Shown here one piece after another: positions 1 to 13,500 of a stretch of DNA of 64,000 nt. This stretch comes from Eledone cirrhosa (lineage: Eukaryota): the NCBI GenBank assembly GCA_964016885.1, contig OZ024748.1:36952001-37016000 (forward strand), in the 5' to 3' direction. The translations under genes and the position numbers were made by a program. How positions within the stretch are numbered: position 1 is the stretch's first letter; every line of letters starts with the position of its first letter. The notes beneath the pieces are model-generated. The model was given only the letters and a program-made list of their open reading frames with translations. It ran no database searches and was not told the origin of the DNA.

Positions 1-3000
1 CTCCCACTCTCTCATATTACACCAGGTCCTAACACAGAGGAACCAAACACCCACTGTCACTGCCTCTCTCTCTCCCACTCTCTCACATTACACCAGTTCC
101 CAACACAGAGGAACCAAACTCCCACTGTCGATCCCTCTGTCTCTCCCACTCTCTCATATTACACCAGGTCCTAACACAGAGGAACCAAACTCCCACCGTC
201 ACTCCCTCTGTCTCTCCCACTCTCTCATATTACACCATGTCCCAACACAGAGGGACCAAACTCGCACTGTCACTGCCTCTCTCTCTCCCACTCTCTCATA
301 TTAAACCAGGTCCCAACACAGAGGAGCCGAACTCCCACTGTCATTGCCTCTGTCTCTCCCACTCTCTCATATTACACCAGGCACTAACACAGAGGAACCA
401 AACTCCCACTGTGACTGCCTCTGTCTCTCCCACTCTCTCACGTTACACCAGTTCCCAACACAGAGGAACCAAACTCCCACTGTCACTGCCTCTCTCTCTC
501 CCACTCTCTCATATTACACCAGGTCCTAACACAGAGGAACCAAACTCCCACTGTCACTGCCTCCGTCTCTCCCACTCTGTCATACTAAACCAGGTCCAAC
601 ACAGAGGAACCAAACTCCCACTGTCACTGCCTCTCTCTCTCCCACTCTCTCATATTAGACCAGGTCCTAACACAGAGGAACCAAACTCCCACTGTGACTG
701 CCTCTGTCTCTCCCACTCTCTCACATTACACCAGTTCCCAACACAGAGGAACCAAACTCCCACTGTCACTGCCTCTGTCTCTTCCACACTCTCATATGAC
801 ACCAGGTCCTAACACAGAGGTACCAAACTCCCACTGTCACTGCCTCCGTCTCTCCCACTCTCTCATATTAAACCAGGTCCAATACAAAGGAACCAAACTC
901 CTACTGTCACTGCCTCTGTCTCTCCCACTCTCTCATATACACCAGGTCCAAACACAGAGGTACGAAACCCCCACTGACACTGCCTCTGTCTCTCCCACTC
1001 TCTCATATTACACCAGGTCCTAACACAGAGGAACCAAACTCCCACTGTCACTGCCTCCATCTCTCCCACTCTCTCATACTAAACCAGGTCCAACACAGAG
1101 GAACCAAACTCCTACTGTCACTACCTCTGTCTCTCCCACTCTCTCATATACACAAGGTCCGAACACAGAGGTACGAAACCCCCACTGTCACTGCCTCTGT
1201 CTCTCCCACTCTCTCATATTACACCAGGTCCTAACACAGAGGAACCAAACTCCCACTGTCACTGCCTCCGTCTCTCCCACTCTCTCATACTAAACCAGGT
1301 CCAACACAGAGGAACCAAACTCCCTCTGTCACTGCCTCTGTCTCTCCCACTCTCTCATATTACACCAGGTCCTAACACAGAGGAACCAAACTCCCACTGT
1401 CACTGCCTCTGTCTCTCCCACTCTCTCATATTACACCAGGTCCTAACACAGAGGAACCAAACTCCCTCTGTCACTGCCTCTGTCTCTCCCACTCTCTCAT
1501 ATTACACCAGGTCCAACACAGAGGAACCAAACTCCCACTGTCACTGCCTCTGTCTCTGCCACTCTCTCATATTACACCAGGTCCCAACAAAGAGGGACCA
1601 AACTCCCACTGTCACTGCCTCTCTCTCTCGCACTCTCTCATATTACACCAGGTCCCAACACAGAGGAACCAAACTCCCTCTGTCACTGCCTCTGTCTCTC
1701 CCACTCTCTCATATTACACCAGGTCCTAACACAGAGGAACCAAACTCCCACTGTCACTCCCTCTGTCTCTCCCACTCTCTCATATTACACCAGATCCCAA
1801 CACAGAGGAACCAAACTCCCACTGTCACTGCCTCTGTCTCTCCCACTCTCTCATATTACACCAGGTCCTAACACAGAGGAACCAAACCCCCACTGTCACT
1901 GCCTCTCTCTCTCCCACTCTCTCATATTACACCAGGTCCTAACACAGAGGAACCAAACACCCACTGTCACTGCCTCTCTCTCTCCCACTCTCTCATATTA
2001 CACCAGGTCCTAACACAGAGGAACCGAACTCCCACTGTCACTGCCTCCGTCTCTCACACTCTCTCATACTAAACCAGGTCCAACACAGAGGAACCAACTC
2101 CCACTGTCACTGCCTCTGTCTCTCCCACTCTCTCATATTACACCAGGTCCCAACAAAGAGGGACCAAACTCCCACTGTCACTGCCTCTGTCTCCTCCACT
2201 CTCTCATATTACACCAGGTCCTAACACAGAGGAACCAAACTCCCACTGTCACTGCTTCTGTCTCTCCCACTCTCTCATATTACACCAGGTCCGAACACAG
2301 AGGAACCAAACTCCCACTGTCACTGCCTCTGTCTCTCCAACTCTCTCATAATACACCAGGTCCCAACACAGAGGGACCAAACTCCCACTGTCACTGCCTC
2401 TCTCTCTCCCACTCTCTCATATTACACCAGGTCCCAACACAGAGGAACCAAACTCCTTCTGTCACTGCCTCTGTCTCTCCCACTCTCTCATATTACACCA
2501 GGTCCTAACACAGAGGAACCAAACTCCCACTGTCACTGCCTCTGTCTCTCCCACTCTCTCATATTACACCAGATCCCAACACAGAGGAACCAAACTCCCA
2601 CTGTCACTGCCTCTGTCTCTCCCACTCTCTCATGTTACACCAGGTCCCAACACAGAGGAACCAAACTCCACTGTCACTGCCTCTGTCTCTCCCACTCTCT
2701 CATATTAGACCAGGTCCTAACACAGAGGACCCAAACTCCCACTGTCACTGCCTCTGTCTCTCCCACTCTCTCACATTACACCAGTTCCCAACACAGAGGA
2801 ACCAAACTCCCACTGTCACTGCCTCTGTCTCTCCCACTCTCTCATATTACACCAGGTCCTAACACAGAGGAACCAAACTCCCACTGTCACTGCCTCTGTC
2901 TCTCCCACTCTCTCATATTACACCAGGTCCCAACACAGAGGAACCAAACTCCCACTGTCACTGCCTCTGTCTCTCCCACTCTCTCATATTACTCCAGGTC

Positions 3001-6000
3001 CCAACACAGAGGAACCAAACTCCCACTGTCACTGCCTCTGTCTCTCCCACTCTCTCATATTACACCAGGTCCCAACACAGAGGAACCAAACTCCCACTGT
3101 CACTGCCTCTGTCTCTCCCACTCTCTCATATTACACCAGGTCCTAACACAGAGGAACCAAACTCCCACTGTCACTGCCTCTGTCTCTCCCACTCTCTCAT
3201 ATTACACCAGGTCCTAACACAGAGGAACCAAACCCCCACTGTCACTGCCTCTCTCTCTCCCACTCTCTCATATTACACCAGGTCCTAACACAGAGGAACC
3301 GAACTCCCACTGTCACTGCCTCTGTCTCTCCCACTCTCTCATATACACCACGTCCGAACACAGAGGTATGAAACCCCCACTGTCACTGCCTCTGTCTCTC
3401 CCACTCTCTCATATTACACCAGGTCCTAACACAGAGGAACCAAACCCCCACTGTCACTGCCTCTCTCTCTCCCACTCTCTCACATTACACCAGTTCCCAA
3501 CACAGAGGAACCAAACTCCCACTGTCGATCCCTCTGTCTCTCCCACTCTCTCATATTACACCAGGTCCTAACACAGAGGAACCAAACTCCCACCGTCACT
3601 CCCTCTGTCTCTCCCACTCTCTCATATTACACCATGTCCCAACACAGAGGGACCAAACTCGCACTGTCACTGCCTCTCTCTCTCCCACTCTCTCATATTA
3701 AACCAGGTCCCAACACAGAGGAGCCGAACTCCCACTGTCATTGCCTCTGTCTCTCCCACTCTCTCATATTACACCAGGCACTAACACAGAGGAACCAAAC
3801 TCCCACTGTGACTGCCTCTGTCTCTCCCACTCTCTCACGTTACACCAGTTCCCAACACAGAGGAACCAAACTCCCACTGTCACTGCCTCTCTCTCTCCCA
3901 CTCTCTCATATTACACCAGGTCCTAACACAGAGGAACCAAACTCCCACTGTCACTGCCTCCGTCTCTCCCACTCTGTCATACTAAACCAGGTCCAACACA
4001 GAGGAACCAAACTCCCACTGTCACTGCCTCTCTCTCTCCCACTCTCTCATATTAGACCAGGTCCTAACACAGAGGAACCAAACTCCCACTGTGACTGCCT
4101 CTGTCTCTCCCACTCTCTCACATTACACCAGTTCCCAACACAGAGGAACCAAACTCCCACTGTCACTGCCTCTGTCTCTTCCACACTCTCATATGACACC
4201 AGGTCCTAACACAGAGGAACCAAACTCCCACTGTCACTGCCTCTGTCTCTCCCACTCTCTCATATTACACCAGGTCCCAACACAGAGGAACCAAACTCCC
4301 ACTGTCACTGCCTCTGTCTCTCCCACTCTCTCATATTACTCCAGGTCCCAACACAGAGGAACCAAACTCCCACTGTCACTGCCTCTGTCTCTCCCACTCT
4401 CTCATATTACACCAGGTCCCAACACAGAGGAACCAAACTCCCACTGTCACTGCCTCTGTCTCTCCCACTCTCTCATATTACACCAGGTCCTAACACAGAG
4501 GAACCAAACTCCCACTGTCACTGCCTCTGTCTCTCCCACTCTCTCATATTACACCAGGTCCTAACACAGAGGAACCAAACCCCCACTGTCACTGCCTCTC
4601 TCTCTCCCACTCTCTCATATTACACCAGGTCCTAACACAGAGGAACCGAACTCCCACTGTCACTGCCTCTGTCTCTCCCACTCTCTCATATACACCACGT
4701 CCGAACACAGAGGTATGAAACCCCCACTGTCACTGCCTCTGTCTCTCCCACTCTCTCATATTACACCAGGTCCTAACACAGAGGAACCAAACACCCACTG
4801 TCACTGCCTCTCTCTCTCCCACTCTCTCACATTACACCAGTTCCCAACACAGAGGAACCAAACTCCCACTGTCGATCCCTCTGTCTCTCCCACTCTCTCA
4901 TATTACACCAGGTCCTAACACAGAGGAACCAAACTCCCACCGTCACTCCCTCTGTCTCTCCCACTCTCTCATATTACACCATGTCCCAACACAGAGGGAC
5001 CAAACTCGCACTGTCACTGCCTCTCTCTCTCCCACTCTCTCATATTAAACCAGGTCCCAACACAGAGGAGCCGAACTCCCACTGTCATTGCCTCTGTCTC
5101 TCCCACTCTCTCATATTACACCAGGCACTAACACAGAGGAACCAAACTCCCACTGTGACTGCCTCTGTCTCTCCCACTCTCTCACGTTACACCAGTTCCC
5201 AACACAGAGGAACCAAACTCCCACTGTCACTGCCTCTCTCTCTCCCACTCTCTCATATTACACCAGGTCCTAACACAGAGGAACCAAACTCCCACTGTCA
5301 CTGCCTCCGTCTCTCCCACTCTGTCATACTAAACCAGGTCCAACACAGAGGAACCAAACTCCCACTGTCACTGCCTCTCTCTCTCCCACTCTCTCATATT
5401 AGACCAGGTCCTAACACAGAGGAACCAAACTCCCACTGTGACTGCCTCTGTCTCTCCCACTCTCTCACATTACACCAGTTCCCAACACAGAGGAACCAAA
5501 CTCCCACTGTCACTGCCTCTGTCTCTTCCACACTCTCATATGACACCAGGTCCTAACACAGAGGTACCAAACTCCCACTGTCACTGCCTCCGTCTCTCCC
5601 ACTCTCTCATATTAAACCAGGTCCAATACAAAGGAACCAAACTCCTACTGTCACTGCCTCTGTCTCTCCCACTCTCTCATATACACCAGGTCCAAACACA
5701 GAGGTACGAAACCCCCACTGACACTGCCTCTGTCTCTCCCACTCTCTCATATTACACCAGGTCCTAACACAGAGGAACCAAACTCCCACTGTCACTGCCT
5801 CCATCTCTCCCACTCTCTCATACTAAACCAGGTCCAACACAGAGGAACCAAACTCCTACTGTCACTACCTCTGTCTCTCCCACTCTCTCATATACACAAG
5901 GTCCGAACACAGAGGTACGAAACCCCCACTGTCACTGCCTCTGTCTCTCCCACTCTCTCATATTACACCAGGTCCTAACACAGAGGAACCAAACTCCCAC

Positions 6001-7340
6001 TGTCACTGCCTCCGTCTCTCCCACTCTCTCATACTAAACCAGGTCCAACACAGAGGAACCAAACTCCCTCTGTCACTGCCTCTGTCTCTCCCACTCTCTC
6101 ATATTACACCAGGTCCTAACACAGAGGAACCAAACTCCCACTGTCACTGCCTCTGTCTCTCCCACTCTCTCATATTACACCAGGTCCTAACACAGAGGAA
6201 CCAAACTCCCTCTGTCACTGCCTCTGTCTCTCCCACTCTCTCATATTACACCAGGTCCAACACAGAGGAACCAAACTCCCACTGTCACTGCCTCTGTCTC
6301 TGCCACTCTCTCATATTACACCAGGTCCCAACAAAGAGGGACCAAACTCCCACTGTCACTGCCTCTCTCTCTCGCACTCTCTCATATTACACCAGGTCCC
6401 AACACAGAGGAACCAAACTCCCTCTGTCACTGCCTCTGTCTCTCCCACTCTCTCATATTACACCAGGTCCTAACACAGAGGAACCAAACTCCCACTGTCA
6501 CTCCCTCTGTCTCTCCCACTCTCTCATATTACACCAGATCCCAACACAGAGGAACCAAACTCCCACTGTCACTGCCTCTGTCTCTCCCACTCTCTCATAT
6601 TACACCAGGTCCTAACACAGAGGAACCAAACCCCCACTGTCACTGCCTCTCTCTCTCCCACTCTCTCATATTACACCAGGTCCTAACACAGAGGAACCAA
6701 ACACCCACTGTCACTGCCTCTCTCTCTCCCACTCTCTCATATTACACCAGGTCCTAACACAGAGGAACCGAACTCCCACTGTCACTGCCTCCGTCTCTCA
6801 CACTCTCTCATACTAAACCAGGTCCAACACAGAGGAACCAACTCCCACTGTCACTGCCTCTGTCTCTCCCACTCTCTCATATTACACCAGGTCCCAACAA
6901 AGAGGGACCAAACTCCCACTGTCACTGCCTCTGTCTCCTCCACTCTCTCATATTACACCAGGTCCTAACACAGAGGAACCAAACTCCCACTGTCACTGCT
7001 TCTGTCTCTCCCACTCTCTCATATTACACCAGGTCCGAACACAGAGGAACCAAACTCCCACTGTCACTGCCTCTGTCTCTCCAACTCTCTCATAATACAC
7101 CAGGTCCCAACACAGAGGGACCAAACTCCCACTGTCACTGCCTCTCTCTCTCCCACTCTCTCATATTACACCAGGTCCCAACACAGAGGAACCAAACTCC
7201 TTCTGTCACTGCCTCTGTCTCTCCCACTCTCTCATATTACACCAGGTCCTAACACAGAGGAACCAAACTCCCACTGTCACTGCCTCTGTCTCTCCCACTC
7301 TCTCATATTACACCAGATCCCAACACAGAGGAACCAAACT
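1..7340 (+). repeat. 4744-bp offset duplication (~67 monomers): ~1-2600 recurs at ~4745-7340
   Basis: Identical ORF translations at 237/4981, 344/5088, 694/5438 and 863/5607, all +4744. Rare variants (AATACAAAGG, CTGACACT, ACTACCTC, CTCTGCCA, CTCCTCCA) appear in the same order. Confidence 0.9.
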
Positions 7341-10300
7341 CCCATTGTCACTGCCTCTGTCTCTCCCACTCTCTCATATTACACCACGTCCTAACACAGG
7401 GGAACCAAAACCCCACTGTCACTGCATCTCTCTCTCCCACTCTCTCATATTACACCAGGTCCTAAGACAGAGGAACCGAACTCCCACTGTCACTGCCTCC
7501 GTCTCTCACACTCTCTCATACTAAACCAGGTCCAACACAGAGGAACCAAACTCCCACTGTCACTGCCTCTGTCTCTCCCACTCTCTCATATACACCAGGT
7601 CTGAACACAGAGGTACGAGACCCCCACTGTCACTGCCTCTGTCTCTTCCACTCTCTCATTTTACACCAGGTCCTAACACAGAGGAACCAAACTCCCACTG
7701 TCACTGCCTCTGTCTCTCCCACTCTCTCATATTACACCAGGTCCCAACAGAGAGGAACCAAACTCCCACTCTCACTGCCTCTGTCTCTCCCACTCTCTCA
7801 CATTACACCAGTTCCCAACACAGAGGAACCAAACTCCCACTGTCACTGCCTCTGTCTCTCCGACACTCTCATATTACACCAGGTCCCAACAAAGAGGGAC
7901 CAAACTCCCACTGTCACTGCCTCTGTCTCTTCCACTCTCTCATATTACACCAGGTCCTAACACAGAGGAACCAAACTCCCACTGTCACTGCTTCTGTCTC
8001 TCCCACTCTCTCATATTACACCAGGTCCCAACACAGAGGAACCAAACTCCCACTGTCACTGCCTCTGTCTCTCCCACTCTCTCATAATACACCAGGTCCC
8101 AACACAGAGGGACCAAACTCCCACTGTCACTGCCTCTCTCTCTCCCACTCTCTCATATTACACCAGGTCCCAACACAGAGGAACCAAACTCCTTCTGTCA
8201 CTGCCTCTGTCTCTCCCACTCTCTCATATTACACCAGGTCCTAACACAGAGGAACCAAACTCCCACTGTCACTGCCTCTGTCTCTCCCACTCTCTCATAT
8301 TACACCAGATCCCAACACAGAGGAACCAAACTCCCACTGTCACTGCCTCTCTCTCTCCCACTCTCTCATATTACACCAGGTCCCAACACAGAGGAACCAA
8401 ACTCCCACTGTCACTGCCTCTCTCTCTCCCACTCTCTCATATTACACCAGGTCCTAACACAGAGGAACCAAACTCCCACTGTCACTGCCTCTGTCTCTCC
8501 CACTCTCTCATATTACACCAGGTCCCAACACAGAGGAACCAAACTCCCACTGTCACTGCCTCTGTCTCTCCCACTCTCTCATATTACTCCAGGTCCCAAC
8601 ACAGAGGAACCAAACTCCCACTGTCACTGCCTCTGTCTCTCCCACTCTCTCATATTACACCAGGTCCCAACACAGAGGAACCAAACTCCCACTGTCACTG
8701 CCTCTGTCTCTCCCACTCTCTCATATTACACCAGGTCCTAACACAGAGGAACCAAACTCCCACTGTCACTGCCTCTGTCTCTCCCACTCTCTCATATTAC
8801 ACCAGGTCCTAACACAGAGGAACCAAACCCCCACTGTCACTGCCTCTCTCTCTCCCACTCTCTCATATTACACCAGGTCCTAACACAGAGGAACCGAACT
8901 CCCACTGTCACTGCCTCTGTCTCTCCCACTCTCTCATATACACCACGTCCGAACACAGAGGTATGAAACCCCCACTGTCACTGCCTCTGTCTCTCCCACT
9001 CTCTCATATTACACCAGGTCCTAACACAGAGGAACCAAACCCCCACTGTCACTGCCTCTCTCTCTCCCACTCTCTCACATTACACCAGTTCCCAACACAG
9101 AGGAACCAAACTCCCACTGTCGATCCCTCTGTCTCTCCCACTCTCTCATATTACACCAGGTCCTAACACAGAGGAACCAAACTCCCACCGTCACTCCCTC
9201 TGTCTCTCCCACTCTCTCATATTACACCATGTCCCAACACAGAGGGACCAAACTCGCACTGTCACTGCCTCTCTCTCTCCCACTCTCTCATATTAAACCA
9301 GGTCCCAACACAGAGGAGCCGAACTCCCACTGTCATTGCCTCTGTCTCTCCCACTCTCTCATATTACACCAGGCACTAACACAGAGGAACCAAACTCCCA
9401 CTGTGACTGCCTCTGTCTCTCCCACTCTCTCACGTTACACCAGTTCCCAACACAGAGGAACCAAACTCCCACTGTCACTGCCTCTCTCTCTCCCACTCTC
9501 TCATATTACACCAGGTCCTAACACAGAGGAACCAAACTCCCACTGTCACTGCCTCCGTCTCTCCCACTCTGTCATACTAAACCAGGTCCAACACAGAGGA
9601 ACCAAACTCCCACTGTCACTGCCTCTCTCTCTCCCACTCTCTCATATTAGACCAGGTCCTAACACAGAGGAACCAAACTCCCACTGTGACTGCCTCTGTC
9701 TCTCCCACTCTCTCACATTACACCAGTTCCCAACACAGAGGAACCAAACTCCCACTGTCACTGCCTCTGTCTCTTCCACACTCTCATATGACACCAGGTC
9801 CTAACACAGAGGAACCAAACTCCCACTGTCACTGCCTCTGTCTCTCCCACTCTCTCATATTACACCAGGTCCCAACACAGAGGAACCAAACTCCCACTGT
9901 CACTGCCTCTGTCTCTCCCACTCTCTCATATTACTCCAGGTCCCAACACAGAGGAACCAAACTCCCACTGTCACTGCCTCTGTCTCTCCCACTCTCTCAT
10001 ATTACACCAGGTCCCAACAGAGAGGAACCAAACTCCCACTGTCACTGCCTCTGTCTCTCCCACTCTCTCATATTACACCAGGTCCTAACACAGAGGAACC
10101 AAACTCCCACTGTCACTGCCTCTGTCTCTCCCACTCTCTCATATTACACCAGGTCCTAACACAGAGGAACCAAACCCCCACTGTCACTGCCTCTCTCTCT
10201 CCCACTCTCTCATATTACACCAGGTCCTAACACAGAGGAACCGAACTCCCACTGTCACTGCCTCTGTCTCTCCCACTCTCTCATATACACCACGTCCGAA

Positions 10301-13300
10301 CACAGAGGTATGAAACCCCCACTGTCACTGCCTCTGTCTCTCCCACTCTCTCATATTACACCAGGTCCTAACACAGAGGAACCAAACACCCACTGTCACT
10401 GCCTCTCTCTCTCCCACTCTCTCACATTACACCAGTTCCCAACACAGAGGAACCAAACTCCCACTGTCGATCCCTCTGTCTCTCCCACTCTCTCATATTA
10501 CACCAGGTCCTAACACAGAGGAACCAAACTCCCACCGTCACTCCCTCTGTCTCTCCCACTCTCTCATATTACACCATGTCCCAACACAGAGGGACCAAAC
10601 TCGCACTGTCACTGCCTCTCTCTCTCCCACTCTCTCATATTAAACCAGGTCCCAACACAGAGGAGCCGAACTCCCACTGTCATTGCCTCTGTCTCTCCCA
10701 CTCTCTCATATTACACCAGGCACTAACACAGAGGAACCAAACTCCCACTGTGACTGCCTCTGTCTCTCCCACTCTCTCACGTTACACCAGTTCCCAACAC
10801 AGAGGAACCAAACTCCCACTGTCACTGCCTCTCTCTCTCCCACTCTCTCATATTACACCAGGTCCTAACACAGAGGAACCAAACTCCCACTGTCACTGCC
10901 TCCGTCTCTCCCACTCTGTCATACTAAACCAGGTCCAACACAGAGGAACCAAACTCCCACTGTCACTGCCTCTCTCTCTCCCACTCTCTCATATTAGACC
11001 AGGTCCTAACACAGAGGAACCAAACTCCCACTGTGACTGCCTCTGTCTCTCCCACTCTCTCACATTACACCAGTTCCCAACACAGAGGAACCAAACTCCC
11101 ACTGTCACTGCCTCTGTCTCTTCCACACTCTCATATGACACCAGGTCCTAACACAGAGGTACCAAACTCCCACTGTCACTGCCTCCGTCTCTCCCACTCT
11201 CTCATATTAAACCAGGTCCAATACAAAGGAACCAAACTCCTACTGTCACTGCCTCTGTCTCTCCCACTCTCTCATATACACCAGGTCCAAACACAGAGGT
11301 ACGAAACCCCCACTGACACTGCCTCTGTCTCTCCCACTCTCTCATATTACACCAGGTCCTAACACAGAGGAACCAAACTCCCACTGTCACTGCCTCCATC
11401 TCTCCCACTCTCTCATACTAAACCAGGTCCAACACAGAGGAACCAAACTCCTACTGTCACTACCTCTGTCTCTCCCACTCTCTCATATACACAAGGTCCG
11501 AACACAGAGGTACGAAACCCCCACTGTCACTGCCTCTGTCTCTCCCACTCTCTCATATTACACCAGGTCCTAACACAGAGGAACCAAACTCCCACTGTCA
11601 CTGCCTCCGTCTCTCCCACTCTCTCATACTAAACCAGGTCCAACACAGAGGAACCAAACTCCCTCTGTCACTGCCTCTGTCTCTCCCACTCTCTCATATT
11701 ACACCAGGTCCTAACACAGAGGAACCAAACTCCCACTGTCACTGCCTCTGTCTCTCCCACTCTCTCATATTACACCAGGTCCTAACACAGAGGAACCAAA
11801 CTCCCTCTGTCACTGCCTCTGTCTCTCCCACTCTCTCATATTACACCAGGTCCAACACAGAGGAACCAAACTCCCACTGTCACTGCCTCTGTCTCTGCCA
11901 CTCTCTCATATTACACCAGGTCCCAACAAAGAGGGACCAAACTCCCACTGTCACTGCCTCTCTCTCTCGCACTCTCTCATATTACACCAGGTCCCAACAC
12001 AGAGGAACCAAACTCCCTCTGTCACTGCCTCTGTCTCTCCCACTCTCTCATATTACACCAGGTCCTAACACAGAGGAACCAAACTCCCACTGTCACTCCC
12101 TCTGTCTCTCCCACTCTCTCATATTACACCAGATCCCAACACAGAGGAACCAAACTCCCACTGTCACTGCCTCTGTCTCTCCCACTCTCTCATATTACAC
12201 CAGGTCCTAACACAGAGGAACCAAACCCCCACTGTCACTGCCTCTCTCTCTCCCACTCTCTCATATTACACCAGGTCCTAACACAGAGGAACCAAACACC
12301 CACTGTCACTGCCTCTCTCTCTCCCACTCTCTCATATTACACCAGGTCCTAACACAGAGGAACCGAACTCCCACTGTCACTGCCTCCGTCTCTCACACTC
12401 TCTCATACTAAACCAGGTCCAACACAGAGGAACCAACTCCCACTGTCACTGCCTCTGTCTCTCCCACTCTCTCATATTACACCAGGTCCCAACAAAGAGG
12501 GACCAAACTCCCACTGTCACTGCCTCTGTCTCCTCCACTCTCTCATATTACACCAGGTCCTAACACAGAGGAACCAAACTCCCACTGTCACTGCTTCTGT
12601 CTCTCCCACTCTCTCATATTACACCAGGTCCGAACACAGAGGAACCAAACTCCCACTGTCACTGCCTCTGTCTCTCCAACTCTCTCATAATACACCAGGT
12701 CCCAACACAGAGGGACCAAACTCCCACTGTCACTGCCTCTCTCTCTCCCACTCTCTCATATTACACCAGGTCCCAACACAGAGGAACCAAACTCCTTCTG
12801 TCACTGCCTCTGTCTCTCCCACTCTCTCATATTACACCAGGTCCTAACACAGAGGAACCAAACTCCCACTGTCACTGCCTCTGTCTCTCCCACTCTCTCA
12901 TATTACACCAGATCCCAACACAGAGGAACCAAACTCCCATTGTCACTGCCTCTGTCTCTCCCACTCTCTCATATTACACCACGTCCTAACACAGGGGAAC
13001 CAAAACCCCACTGTCACTGCATCTCTCTCTCCCACTCTCTCATATTACACCAGGTCCTAAGACAGAGGAACCGAACTCCCACTGTCACTGCCTCCGTCTC
13101 TCACACTCTCTCATACTAAACCAGGTCCAACACAGAGGAACCAAACTCCCACTGTCACTGCCTCTGTCTCTCCCACTCTCTCATATACACCAGGTCTGAA
13201 CACAGAGGTACGAGACCCCCACTGTCACTGCCTCTGTCTCTTCCACTCTCTCATTTTACACCAGGTCCTAACACAGAGGAACCAAACTCCCACTGTCACT

Positions 13301-13500
13301 GCCTCTGTCTCTCCCACTCTCTCATATTACACCAGGTCCCAACAGAGAGGAACCAAACTCCCACTCTCACTGCCTCTGTCTCTCCCACTCTCTCACATTA
13401 CACCAGTTCCCAACACAGAGGAACCAAACTCCCACTGTCACTGCCTCTGTCTCTCCGACACTCTCATATTACACCAGGTCCCAACAAAGAGGGACCAAAC
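2800..13500 (+). repeat. 5595-bp higher-order tandem duplication (~79 monomers), domain A
   Basis: ORF offsets 3368/8963, 3634/9229, 4091/9686, 4715/10310, 4981/10576 and 5438/11033 are all +5595. Marker ACTCCAGG lies at 2991 and 8586. The copies diverge near 7900/13500. Confidence 0.92.
2870..5560 (+). repeat. 1347-bp (19-monomer) tandem duplication nested in the 5595-bp unit; second instance at ~8465-11155
   Basis: ORF offsets 3368/4715, 3634/4981, 8963/10310 and 9229/10576 are all +1347. Marker ACTCCAGG lies at 2991 and 4338. Confidence 0.9.

Noticed and set aside
27-33. Telomeric repeat (CCTAA/CCCTAA on a C-rich strand)
   Set aside because: It occurs at most once per monomer, depends on a polymorphic base, and is never tandem.
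407-413. V(D)J recombination signal heptamers (CACTGTG variant; CACAGAG in consensus)
   Set aside because: There is no ACAAAAACC-like nonamer at 12- or 23-bp spacing in either orientation, and no V/D/J coding segments.
7598-7625. Hammerhead-ribozyme satellite (as in newt satellite 2 or schistosome Sm-alpha), suggested by CTGA and CGAAAC in variant monomers
   Set aside because: The core CTGANGA is absent (CTGAACA instead), CTGA and GAAA occur in different variants, and the three required stems are not evident on either strand.
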